DNA of 64,000 bases from positions 19,693-83,692 of IMG/VR virus record IMGVR_UViG_3300030372_001977; one strand, given 5' to 3'. Source of the DNA: a virus (Duplodnaviria > Caudoviricetes). The position numbers were made by a program, and so were the translations under genes. Under the pieces are notes generated by a model. That model made no database searches. It was given only the letters and a program-made list of their open reading frames with translations, and was not told the origin of the DNA. How positions within the stretch are numbered: position 1 is the first letter of the stretch; each line of letters starts with the position of its first letter. Positions 17,596-26,603 of the stretch are shown piece after piece.

Positions 17596-18291
17596 ATGAG
17601 TACTATAAAACAACAGGTAGGGGATTGGTATGGTATACTAGATCCTATCTTTAGATCAGACTATTTTAGAAAGTTAACTGATCAACACAGGAAGCACACA
17701 ACTGAGTGTACGGTTTATCCAGAAAAAGGTAAAACATTTAGAGCTTTTGAGTTATGTTCGTTAAACTCTGTAAAAGTTGTAATATTGGGACAAGATCCTT
17801 ATCACGATGGTAGTGCAACTGGACTAGCTTTTGCAAACGATGGTAAAGGTAGAGTTAGTCCTAGTTTGCGTAACATATTGCAGACAGTAAAGAATGATTT
17901 TGGAGATGTAAATGTAAATCCAAATCTAGAGAGCTGGGCTAAACAAGGTGTATTATTGTTAAATACTGCTTTGACTGTACAAAAAGGTATGCCTGCATCA
18001 CATATAGATATGTGGATGCCATTTACAAGAGATATTATAACTAAACTATCTTTAGAAAAGCCACATCTTGTATGGGTATTATGGGGCAAAAAAGCGCAAG
18101 AGTATCATAGGCATATTATGTACAAAGCTGCACATACTATACTTGAAGCTCCTCATCCTGCTGCAGAAGTATACAGCGGAGGTAAGGCTGGCTTTTTTAC
18201 ATGTGAACACTTTAAGAAGATTAATATGGCGCTATTTAAAAACAAGATAGAGCCTATAGAATGGGGTGTAACACAAAATGTTGAGGTATGA
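17596..18291 (+). CDS. ung: Uracil-DNA glycosylase, family 1
   Basis: VVILGQDPYH, GVLLLNTALTV, LWGKKAQ, HP loop. Confidence 0.92.
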   Translation: MSTIKQQVGDWYGILDPIFRSDYFRKLTDQHRKHTTECTVYPEKGKTFRAFELCSLNSVKVVILGQDPYHDGSATGLAFANDGKGRVSPSLRNILQTVKNDFGDVNVNPNLESWAKQGVLLLNTALTVQKGMPASHIDMWMPFTRDIITKLSLEKPHLVWVLWGKKAQEYHRHIMYKAAHTILEAPHPAAEVYSGGKAGFFTCEHFKKINMALFKNKIEPIEWGVTQNVEV

Positions 18292-18599
18292 CAGAAGAAG
18301 CTAAGCATCTTATACAAGAATGTAAACAAAAAAAAGAGTGGGAAGAGCGCTACAGATCTAACTATATAGAATTAGATGATTATTTTAAATATAGTGGTGA
18401 AGTAGAGCCTACCCGAGTATTAATTACTCGTTATGAATATAATTATAATACTAAATGTAATGATTTATGCGAGCACTATATAAAAAAAGAAGATTATGAA
18501 AAATTATGGGAAAAATATAAGAGCAAGTCAGGTAGATTCGCTGAAGAAGTTGACTCCTTCTATTGGCATGAAACAGAAGACAGTCTACGGAGCAATTAA
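18288..18599 (+). CDS. Hypothetical protein
   Basis: 103 aa, coupled to ung. Confidence 0.5.
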   Translation: MTEEAKHLIQECKQKKEWEERYRSNYIELDDYFKYSGEVEPTRVLITRYEYNYNTKCNDLCEHYIKKEDYEKLWEKYKSKSGRFAEEVDSFYWHETEDSLRSN

Positions 18600-18768
18600 A
18601 ACTGCTAACCCAGCTACAAATAGGAACATAGCTAAGGTTTTAGGTTGGGATATAAACAGAGTTACAGGTCGTGTCACAGAGCTTGTTAGTAAGGGTATGG
18701 TTAAATCTAATGGTACATACTTTGACAAGGATACAAATAGAACAGTAACGTTATGGCAAGCAGTGTGA
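18496..18768 (+). CDS. Winged-helix HTH protein
   Basis: ATNRNIAKVLGWDINRVTGRVTELVSKGMV; likely start at ATG 18568. Confidence 0.6.
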   Translation: MKNYGKNIRASQVDSLKKLTPSIGMKQKTVYGAIKTANPATNRNIAKVLGWDINRVTGRVTELVSKGMVKSNGTYFDKDTNRTVTLWQAV

Positions 18769-19925
18769 CCAAAAAGATTAACCAAATAAGAGATAAAGAG
18801 CAAAGAAACGCTCTAAATAGCTGGGCTAAGCAAAACTATATTGGCTCTGTTATAGCAGGTACAGGCTTTGGTAAATCTAGAGTTGGTGTTTTAGCTGTCA
18901 ATCATGCACTTAGAGATGGTGGCAGAGCACTAATACTTGTACCTACAGTTCAACTGCAAGAACAATTTAAAGAAGAGTTTTCTAAATGGGGACTAGAACA
19001 TTGTTTAGACTTTACAGATGTACTATGTTATCAGACTGCTTATAAAATGGCTGGTGAGCACTATACTATTGTGATTTGTGACGAAGTTCACCTAGGATTG
19101 AGTCCTGAATACAGGAAATTCTTTAAATATAATAGCTATGATTATCTATTGTGTATGACTGCTACACCACCTGAAGAAGCAGAATATAAAGAAATTTTGT
19201 ATAAATTGGCACCTATTGCCTATTCTATCACTTTAGATAGGTGTGTTAAACTAGGGATAGTCAGTCCTTATAAGATTACATGTGTTCCAGTCAAATTAAC
19301 CAAGAAAGAGCAAGATAGTTATAAAAAAATTAACAATAAATTTTTATACTATAAGTATAGCCTTGGTCAATTTGATGCTTTTAATGAGGCAAAACGCATA
19401 TTAAAAGACAATAGCGCATCTCCTGCACAGAAACAGGCTGCTGTACAATTTTACAGATGTATTAGAGAACGTAAGAAAATTGTAGACTTTGCATCTAATA
19501 AGATAAAGAAGTTTCAGCAGATATTTGCAAAGAAAAAAGACAATAAGATCTTGGTTTTCAGTGGTGCAAATACCTTTACAGATGAGCTCTGTGAGTCTAT
19601 TTCTCCTTTTGCGCTGTCTTACCATTCTAAGAAGACTAAAAAGCAAAGAGACGAAGCCTTAGAGGCATTTAAGACAAACAAAATCAGTGTGTTATGCTCT
19701 ACTAAAGCTTTGAATCAAGGTTTTGATGTACCTGACGCTAATATGGGGATTATATGTGGAATTACTAGTAAGTCACTCCCTATGATCCAGCGTGTAGGTA
19801 GGCTGATTAGATTTCAAGAGAATAAAGTAGGTGAAATTATTATCTTGTATGTAAAAGATAGTCAGGAAGAAAAATGGCTAAAAAATGCAGTTAAAAGTTT
19901 GAATAATATAGTATGGAAAAAATAA
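18753..19925 (+). CDS. Superfamily 2 helicase (DExH, ResIII-like)
   Basis: IAGTGFGKS, ICDEVH, MTATP, QRVGRLIR. Confidence 0.9.
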   Translation: MASSVTKKINQIRDKEQRNALNSWAKQNYIGSVIAGTGFGKSRVGVLAVNHALRDGGRALILVPTVQLQEQFKEEFSKWGLEHCLDFTDVLCYQTAYKMAGEHYTIVICDEVHLGLSPEYRKFFKYNSYDYLLCMTATPPEEAEYKEILYKLAPIAYSITLDRCVKLGIVSPYKITCVPVKLTKKEQDSYKKINNKFLYYKYSLGQFDAFNEAKRILKDNSASPAQKQAAVQFYRCIRERKKIVDFASNKIKKFQQIFAKKKDNKILVFSGANTFTDELCESISPFALSYHSKKTKKQRDEALEAFKTNKISVLCSTKALNQGFDVPDANMGIICGITSKSLPMIQRVGRLIRFQENKVGEIIILYVKDSQEEKWLKNAVKSLNNIVWKK

Positions 19926-19936
19926 TGTTTAAAATA

Positions 19937-19968
19937 TTTGTATACTATGTAAATTGTTATTATATTTG
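19937..19968 (+). promoter_or_regulatory. Bacteroidota promoter upstream of the helicase-loader/DnaB unit
   Basis: -33 TTTG (19937-19940) and -7 TATATTTG (19961-19968), 20 nt spacer. Confidence 0.7.
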
Positions 19969-19982
19969 CACTAGATTAAAAT

Positions 19983-20570
19983 GTGAATATAATAAATTCT
20001 TTTATAAATTTTACTGCCATGAAAATTGATATAGATTTTGAAATACTGATGGAGACTAACATGTCTGCAGATGATTTTACTTATTTGTATCTACTATATA
20101 AGAAAGAATATAGTTATATACCCAATCTTAATCTTAAACCAAATTTAGACAAATTACAGGAAGCGGGATATATTAAGTTAGGCGAATCGTCTGATCAACA
20201 CGTTGTTAGACAAGAGTTTATAGATCTTTTCTCTAATGACTTTGATCAGATGTTTGCTGAGCTTATATCTACATATCCTATGAAAGTAACCACATCTAAT
20301 AAAGGAGTTAGAGTGTTGCATGCTAAGGATCCAGATGCTAAAGCTAATCTGAAATGCAAACTAAGGTATAAAAGAATAGTTGGTGACAAGAAGTATAAAC
20401 ATAAGCATATAATGCGATGTTTAGATAACCAGCTAAAAATAGAAAGAAACAACCTTGGGTATTTACAGAATTTAGAAACTTGGATTAATAACCATACTTG
20501 GGAAAAGTATGAAAACTTAGATGAACATGACACACGAGAAACTACCACACGGATTACAAGATCCCTTTAA
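19983..20570 (+). CDS. Putative replication initiator/helicase loader (HTH-containing)
   Basis: wHTH-like N-terminus (FTYLYLLY...LQEAGYIK); directly precedes DnaB; likely start at ATG 20019. Confidence 0.45.
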   Translation: MNIINSFINFTAMKIDIDFEILMETNMSADDFTYLYLLYKKEYSYIPNLNLKPNLDKLQEAGYIKLGESSDQHVVRQEFIDLFSNDFDQMFAELISTYPMKVTTSNKGVRVLHAKDPDAKANLKCKLRYKRIVGDKKYKHKHIMRCLDNQLKIERNNLGYLQNLETWINNHTWEKYENLDEHDTRETTTRITRSL

Positions 20571-21474
20571 ACAAAACGGCTTTAAGAGTATAAAACAGTC
20601 AGTATCTGCGTCTTTGACAGAGATTAGGACTGGTATGTACGGTAAAAGACGTGTATACCCCACTAAATGGGGGAGATTAAATACTAATTTACTAGGAGGT
20701 TTACAACCTGGTAAGATGTATGTCGTTGCTGGACGACCTGGTGTAGGTAAGTCAGCATTTAGTAATCAAATGATCTTTGACTTACTGGACAATAATAAAG
20801 ATAAGCAATTAACTGTATTGTATTGGAGCTTCGAGATGCCTGGCTATCAGCAGATATTAAGGGCTGGTGCAAAAGGAGCTAACAAGCAAGTTAGTGATTT
20901 ATTATCTGTAAAAGAAACTCTGCAACAGGCTGAGTATGAGAAGTATAGAGATGAGGTTATTAAGTATAATGACTACCCTATATACTTTAACAACATACCT
21001 AGAGATATAGAGTTTATTAAGAAGGCAAATATAGATGTAACAAACAAGCATCCTGACACTACTATTATAAATGTGTTTGACCATTCTAGATTAATACTTA
21101 GTGGTAAAGATCAAGAATTGCAAAAACTAAATGAGGTTAGCAAAGGATGTATGTGGTTACAAGCTAAGATAGGATGTATAAATATATTATTATCACAGCT
21201 AAATCGTAACATAGAGCAAGAACACCGTGCTAAGGCACAGTATCAGCCATTGCTTACAGATTTGTTTGGTGGTGACAGTATAGGTCAGGATGCACATGTA
21301 GTATTAATGCTACAAAGGCCTAACGATTTGTATGGTATTACCGATGCATATTGTGGAGAAAGTCCTATTAAACTGCTGGCATGTCATGTAGAGAAAAACC
21401 GTGATGGTTTACTAGGTATGATACCGTATGAAGCAGAGATGTCAACATTTACTATTAACGAAAGAATAAAATAA
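20521..21474 (+). CDS. dnaB: Replicative helicase, DnaB-like SF4 (ATPase domain only)
   Basis: VVAGRPGVGKS, WSFEMP, VFDH, LSQLNRNIE, DSIGQDAHVV, EKNRDG. Confidence 0.9.
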   Translation: MNMTHEKLPHGLQDPFKQNGFKSIKQSVSASLTEIRTGMYGKRRVYPTKWGRLNTNLLGGLQPGKMYVVAGRPGVGKSAFSNQMIFDLLDNNKDKQLTVLYWSFEMPGYQQILRAGAKGANKQVSDLLSVKETLQQAEYEKYRDEVIKYNDYPIYFNNIPRDIEFIKKANIDVTNKHPDTTIINVFDHSRLILSGKDQELQKLNEVSKGCMWLQAKIGCINILLSQLNRNIEQEHRAKAQYQPLLTDLFGGDSIGQDAHVVLMLQRPNDLYGITDAYCGESPIKLLACHVEKNRDGLLGMIPYEAEMSTFTINERIK

Positions 21475-21632
21475 TGTTTAAAAAAATATTTAACCTATTT
21501 ATAGGAGAGGAAAATCAAAACGAAACACTAATTAGAAACATAGAAAACTATGAGCAAAAAGAAAAAGCTAAACAGCAAAAACCCAAAGTACTGGCCAAAG
21601 GACAGGCGAGAAGGACCAAAAATAAAAAATAG
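21474..21632 (+). CDS. Small hypothetical protein (52 aa, not in the ORF track)
   Basis: MFKKIFNLFIGEENQNETL...RRTKNKK; start overlaps the dnaB stop. Confidence 0.35.
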   Translation: MFKKIFNLFIGEENQNETLIRNIENYEQKEKAKQQKPKVLAKGQARRTKNKK

Positions 21633-21696
21633 AGTATTAATGTGTACTACACACCATGGATGTAAAGTTTATGGGATATGGTACGAAAACGAGTAA
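21550..21696 (+). CDS. Small basic protein (48 aa, not in the ORF track)
   Basis: MSKKKKLNSKNPKYWPKDRREGPKIKNRVLMCTTHHGCKVYGIWYENE; ends 2 nt before the AAA start. Confidence 0.45.
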   Translation: MSKKKKLNSKNPKYWPKDRREGPKIKNRVLMCTTHHGCKVYGIWYENE

Positions 21697-22397
21697 ATAT
21701 GGAATTACCAAAAACAAAGGTAAAGGCTAGCCGTAAATCGCCTAAAAACATGATAATATATGGTCCACCAAAGATTGGTAAGACTACAATATTGTCAGAA
21801 CTAGATAACTGTTTGATTATAGATCTTGAGGATGGTTCTGATATGGTTGATGCTTTAAAAGTTAAAGTAACTAACCTTAAAGAGCTAGCTAATGTGGGTA
21901 GAGAGGTAATTAAACAAGGGAAGCCGTATAAATATGTTGCTATCGACACTATATCTAAACTAGAGGAATGGTGTGAGGAGGAAGGTAAGCAGATTTATAT
22001 GAAGACACCTATGGGTAAGAACTTTGAGACTAAAAACCCTGGTATGTCAATTTTGTCATTGCCTAATGGCGCAGGTTATTTATATTTGCGGATGGCATAC
22101 AAAAAATGGATTGATAGATTAAATTTACTTGCTGATAGAGTTATACTTGTAGGTCACTTAAAAGACAAGATGCTAGAGAAGAAAGGTAAAGAAGTATCTG
22201 TCAAAGACCTAGATTTAACAGGTAAAATAAAACAGATTACATGCGCTAATGCAGATGCTGTTGGTTATATATATAGAGAAGGAGATGAGACTATGGTATC
22301 ATTCAATTCTCTAGATGATGTAACTGCAGGTTCACGTTGCGCACACCTAAAAGGCCAGACTATGCCTATGAAATGGTCAGAAATATATATAGATTAA
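21678..22397 (+). CDS. AAA/RecA-like NTPase (Sak4/AAA_24-like recombination protein)
   Basis: IIYGPPKIGKTT, LIIDLEDG, VAIDTIS, ILVGH; likely start at ATG 21699. Confidence 0.8.
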   Translation: MVRKRVNMELPKTKVKASRKSPKNMIIYGPPKIGKTTILSELDNCLIIDLEDGSDMVDALKVKVTNLKELANVGREVIKQGKPYKYVAIDTISKLEEWCEEEGKQIYMKTPMGKNFETKNPGMSILSLPNGAGYLYLRMAYKKWIDRLNLLADRVILVGHLKDKMLEKKGKEVSVKDLDLTGKIKQITCANADAVGYIYREGDETMVSFNSLDDVTAGSRCAHLKGQTMPMKWSEIYID

Positions 22398-22418
22398 TAA
22401 CCAATTAAACACAAAAAA

Positions 22419-22907
22419 ATGATTGAAATGAGAAAAACCCCAGAGACAGGAGTAAAGACTCCTGCAAAAATTTCCGTAATGCAGATTGATCAAGATCTTA
22501 AGGACGGTATTAGTAAGTCAGAAATGGCAAAAAAGTATAACATTAAACCATGGGAAGTGGATGAGATGTTTAAGCATTCTTTTCTAAAAGGTAGAAGACC
22601 TAGCAGAAAGAAAGCTTTATCTTTTACTTTTGTAGATGATGCACCTAAAACTACACCGGAAGAAGATTTTGTAGATCCTAATCAAGTAACTCTAGAGCAA
22701 GCTATAGACAATGCTATGGATAGTGCTGAAGAGGCTAGACAAGAGTTACAGGATGCAGAAGCGGCTATAACTGAAATGCTAAGTCCTACACAGTTTGCTA
22801 CTCCTGAGCAGGAGGTAGTTAGTGCTTTGACTGACTCAGCTGAAGAAGTAGAGGTAGAAGAAATTACAGAAGAACTAGAAGAAGACGATACAACGTTTGA
22901 ATTATAA
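22419..22907 (+). CDS. Hypothetical protein, HTH-like N-terminus and acidic C-terminus
   Basis: LKDGISKSEMAKKYNIKPWEVDEMF followed by a Glu-rich tail. Confidence 0.45.
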   Translation: MIEMRKTPETGVKTPAKISVMQIDQDLKDGISKSEMAKKYNIKPWEVDEMFKHSFLKGRRPSRKKALSFTFVDDAPKTTPEEDFVDPNQVTLEQAIDNAMDSAEEARQELQDAEAAITEMLSPTQFATPEQEVVSALTDSAEEVEVEEITEELEEDDTTFEL

Positions 22908-22934
22908 TTAATTAACCAATAAAAATAGATAAAA

Positions 22935-23717
22935 ATGGCAATACAAAGTAATGCAAGTACCCAAGAGGTAGTAGGAGGAATAAAAGTTTATTCTGGCCTA
23001 ACAAATGTAAAAGTTTTAGCAGTAAATCCAACAATGGCAGAGTTACACGCTATGGATATAAATGTTAAACAAGAACCTAATTATAAAGTGTCGTTTAGTG
23101 ACCAAGATTATAATAAAGTTGTATTCTGGCTAGCTAACGAAGATGGTAACTTTAAATTAGAAATACTAATGGCTAGTAACTTTAGAGTTTCACAAGCCGG
23201 TAAACACCAATGGATTAATGCTACTGGTCAATCTACATGGTCTGAAGAAGCTCCTAGTTATGAGTGGTGGAAAGCAGATGGTCAGAGAAAAGCATATATA
23301 GGTGAGGAAACTCTAATTAATTTTGTAAAAGCATGGGCTAATGTAGCTAATGGTGATGAAGTATCTTTTGATACTATTAATGCTATTGCTTCTGGTGATG
23401 TAACAGAAATTAAAGAGCTAGTTAAAGTATTAACTAATAACGAAGTTAGAGTTCTTGTAGGTGTAAAAGACGATAAGTATCAGCAAGTGTATACTAAATA
23501 TTTTGGTAGAGTAAAACCTCAAAGAAATGATTTATTTGTAAAAGCACTTAATGATGATTATGGTTCTTTTAATGCAGATTTTAATGCTGACTTAGTGTGG
23601 GGCACACATAAACCAACTAGTGAGTTAATTTCTCCTGATGCACCAGCAGAAGATGAGGATTGGACTGCAGAACCTGCAATGGCTAGCACAGAAAAAGGCG
23701 AAGACTTGCCGTTCTAA
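22935..23717 (+). CDS. Single-stranded DNA-binding protein (putative)
   Basis: 260 aa, acidic tail ending DLPF; lies between the Sak4-like ATPase and the primase. Confidence 0.6.
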   Translation: MAIQSNASTQEVVGGIKVYSGLTNVKVLAVNPTMAELHAMDINVKQEPNYKVSFSDQDYNKVVFWLANEDGNFKLEILMASNFRVSQAGKHQWINATGQSTWSEEAPSYEWWKADGQRKAYIGEETLINFVKAWANVANGDEVSFDTINAIASGDVTEIKELVKVLTNNEVRVLVGVKDDKYQQVYTKYFGRVKPQRNDLFVKALNDDYGSFNADFNADLVWGTHKPTSELISPDAPAEDEDWTAEPAMASTEKGEDLPF

Positions 23718-24718
23718 TGGCAATTAAGAGCCGAAGAAGCGAGGATCATTTACACACGGATGTCATACTTGGTAAAATTACTGAGTATGACATTTTTGTG
23801 TATTATTGTCCTAGCTTTAAAGAACTTGGTAAAAAGTTTAAAAGTGACTTAAGGAAAGATAACTCTCCAACAGTTTCTATAGTACCTTACAATGGTAAGT
23901 TGTTGTATAAAGACTTTGGTAATCCTGATCATACTTTTGACTGTTTTAATTATATTAGGCATAAGTATGCATGTTCTTTTATAGGTGCTCTAAGAATTAT
24001 AGACTGCGACTTTAATTTAGGACTAGGTTCTAAAACAGACGCTATTAAATTTACAATGGGCTATATGGCCTATAGACAAGACAAAACCCCAAAACTAATA
24101 AAGCCTGAGATAATTATCAGGAAGAAAAGACGACAATGGACAAAGGCAGATGCGAACTTTTGGTCTCAATATTTGGTTAGTAGAAAATTATTGATTAAGT
24201 TTGCTGTCGAACCAATAAGTCACTTCTGGGTTAACAGTTCTAGATTTAGCTGTAAATCAATTAGTTATGCTTTTCGATTCAATAATAGGTATAAAATCTA
24301 TTCTCCTTATGATGAACAAAATAAATGGTTGAGCAACACAAAAAAGACAGACGTGCAAGGCTATAACCAACTCCCAAATAAAGGTGAGAGGCTAATCATC
24401 ACATCATCTCTTAAAGATGTTATATGTTTACATGCTGCAGGCTACAATTCGATTGCTATGCAAAGCGAAATGCAATTACCTTCAGATAAACTAATAAGTG
24501 AGCTAAAACAAAGATTTACTACAGTAGAAATTTTATACGATAATGATTTTGATAAAGCAAATAATCCTGGCCAGGTAATGGCTAAGAAAATTTGTGACTT
24601 ATATGGTTTTAATAATATCTGTTTACCAGCTAAATATAAATCTAAAGATCCATCAGATTTAGTTAGTAAGACAGGTAGTTTTAATGAATTAAAAACTATA
24701 TTAAATGAGACGAGATGA
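23717..24718 (+). CDS. DNA primase (DnaG/TOPRIM)
   Basis: Degenerate zinc-binding-type N-terminus (LRKDNSPTV...YKDFG), TOPRIM ITSSLKDV, LYDND, KDPSDL. Confidence 0.85.
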   Translation: MAIKSRRSEDHLHTDVILGKITEYDIFVYYCPSFKELGKKFKSDLRKDNSPTVSIVPYNGKLLYKDFGNPDHTFDCFNYIRHKYACSFIGALRIIDCDFNLGLGSKTDAIKFTMGYMAYRQDKTPKLIKPEIIIRKKRRQWTKADANFWSQYLVSRKLLIKFAVEPISHFWVNSSRFSCKSISYAFRFNNRYKIYSPYDEQNKWLSNTKKTDVQGYNQLPNKGERLIITSSLKDVICLHAAGYNSIAMQSEMQLPSDKLISELKQRFTTVEILYDNDFDKANNPGQVMAKKICDLYGFNNICLPAKYKSKDPSDLVSKTGSFNELKTILNETR

Positions 24719-25874
24719 AATTATTGAAAAATTTAGAACACGGAAAGGCTTTTTAAAGAAAGGGGCGCAATGGCTTGCCGACAAATGGGGCGTAGACATA
24801 GCTATTATTAAAGATTGTAAAAAAATTGTAACTTCTGAAGAGTGGGTACAAGAGCGCATGAATAATGATAACGGTCACGAACTAAGTCAAAGTCAAGCAT
24901 TTTCAAAACATTTGTTAGATAACGGATTAACTATGGCAGATGTAAAGTCTGTTAAGTTTTGGCAGAACTTTAACGGTGAGCAAAGGTATAGTATAGTAAC
25001 ACATAATCAGTGGCATGAACAGCCGCAGGTTAAAGATGAGTTGCTAAATTATATTAAGAGTAGGTCTGTTAAAGTTCCAAAGCTTAAGTACAAAAAACCT
25101 AAAGATCCTATTTGTTATGAAATATCTTTACCAGATATACATTATGGTAAGATAACTGATGAGGGGCCAGAAGCGTTAGAAAAGCAATATTTAGAAACTA
25201 TTCAAGATTTGCATAGAAAAGCTGATGGTTTAGAGATTGAAAGGTTTCTTTTACCTGTAGGTAATGATGGTCTTAACTCAGAAGGTATGAGTAGAGCTAC
25301 AACTAAAGGTACACCTCAACAAGATAGTATGCGTTGGCGTCAATCTTTTAGAGGTTATTGGCATTTAGTTACAAAAGCAATTGACTATTTATCACAATTT
25401 GCACCTGTAGATGTAGTAGTTGTACAAGGTAATCATGACTTTGAACGCATGTTTTATGTGGGAGAAGTGTTAGATGCTTTATATCATAAGAATAAAAACG
25501 TAACTGTAGATAATAATTTAGAGTCACGTAAATATTATGAGTATGGTATAAATATGATTATGTTTACACACGGTGATAAAGAAAAAGCTAATGAGCTTCC
25601 GCTATTGATTGCCACTGAACAACCTGACATGTGGAGTAGATGTAAAATTAGAGAGATACACTGTGGACACAAGCATAAGGAAATGCTTAATGAATACATG
25701 GGTACAAAAGTAAGGTTTATTCCTAGTATATGTGCTAACGATACTTGGCACAAAACACAAGGCTATGTAGGTACACTGCGATGTGGACAAGCATACATTT
25801 GGAATAAATCTAGAGGACTAGAAGGTTATTTACAAACTAACGTGGTAAAATATGGTGTGGAAGCGGAGAGCTAA
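24705..25874 (+). CDS. Calcineurin-like metallophosphoesterase (Mre11/SbcD-like)
   Basis: LPDIHYG, VGNDG, QGNHD, FTHGD, HCGHKH. Confidence 0.85.
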   Translation: MRRDEIIEKFRTRKGFLKKGAQWLADKWGVDIAIIKDCKKIVTSEEWVQERMNNDNGHELSQSQAFSKHLLDNGLTMADVKSVKFWQNFNGEQRYSIVTHNQWHEQPQVKDELLNYIKSRSVKVPKLKYKKPKDPICYEISLPDIHYGKITDEGPEALEKQYLETIQDLHRKADGLEIERFLLPVGNDGLNSEGMSRATTKGTPQQDSMRWRQSFRGYWHLVTKAIDYLSQFAPVDVVVVQGNHDFERMFYVGEVLDALYHKNKNVTVDNNLESRKYYEYGINMIMFTHGDKEKANELPLLIATEQPDMWSRCKIREIHCGHKHKEMLNEYMGTKVRFIPSICANDTWHKTQGYVGTLRCGQAYIWNKSRGLEGYLQTNVVKYGVEAES

Positions 25875-26298
25875 AAAGAAGTCAAGATCTAAAGTAAAGA
25901 ATGCTAAAAAGTGTACTTACGATGGTAAGAAGTTTCAGTCTAATTTAGAACTTTATTGTTATAAACAGTTAGAAGAAGCTGAGATATTAGTAGATTATGA
26001 AGAACATACATTTACTATATTTCCAGCTCTAGTATATCCTCAAGCATGTTATGAGGGTACAACTAAAAAGCTTTATAATAAAGGCTCTAAAATTAGACCG
26101 ATAACTTATACACCTGACTTTGTAGATCCAAATGGTAAATTTATTATAGAAACAAAAGGCTATGCAAATGAGTCTTTTCCTTTAAGATGGAAGCTGTTTA
26201 AAAAACATCTTAAGGACAACAACAAACAATATGTGCTTTTTATGCCAAGAAACAAAAAGCAGGTAGATGAGGTTGTTGAACTTATCAAACAATTATAG
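25852..26298 (+). CDS. PD-(D/E)XK endonuclease, T7 endonuclease I-like resolvase
   Basis: FQSNLE...YTPDFV...IIETKG. Confidence 0.75.
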   Translation: MVWKRRAKKKSRSKVKNAKKCTYDGKKFQSNLELYCYKQLEEAEILVDYEEHTFTIFPALVYPQACYEGTTKKLYNKGSKIRPITYTPDFVDPNGKFIIETKGYANESFPLRWKLFKKHLKDNNKQYVLFMPRNKKQVDEVVELIKQL

Positions 26299-26301
26299 GT
26301 T

Positions 26302-26372
26302 AAGGGGAGGTTAGTAATTTAATTTTAATAACGAGCGGTTATACTTTGTGTGTAATTACAATTCCTCCCCTT
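26302..26372 (+). other. Structured intergenic element / large-loop terminator
   Basis: AAGGGGAGG/CCTCCCCTT outer stem, GTAATT/AATTAC and ATAAC-GAGCG-GTTAT inner stems, then TCCTTTTT. Confidence 0.5.
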
Positions 26373-26405
26373 TCCTTTTTATTAATCAATTAAATAATTA
26401 AACGT

Positions 26406-26603
26406 ATGGCAAATTTAGTAAGCCCTTGCTGTGGGCATGATTACAGCGACACCCTAGATAGTGAAGGATATGAAATCTATGTTTGTGACCATCCTAGATG
26501 TGGAGAAGAATTTGATGAGCCTGTAGAGGACTATGAGTATGATGCTCGTATAAGGGAATCATATTTAGAGGACCGCATGGATGAAAGAAGGTTAGGACTA
26601 TGA
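26406..26603 (+). CDS. Small zinc-finger protein
   Basis: SPCCG ... CDHPRCG. Confidence 0.5.
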   Translation: MANLVSPCCGHDYSDTLDSEGYEIYVCDHPRCGEEFDEPVEDYEYDARIRESYLEDRMDERRLGL

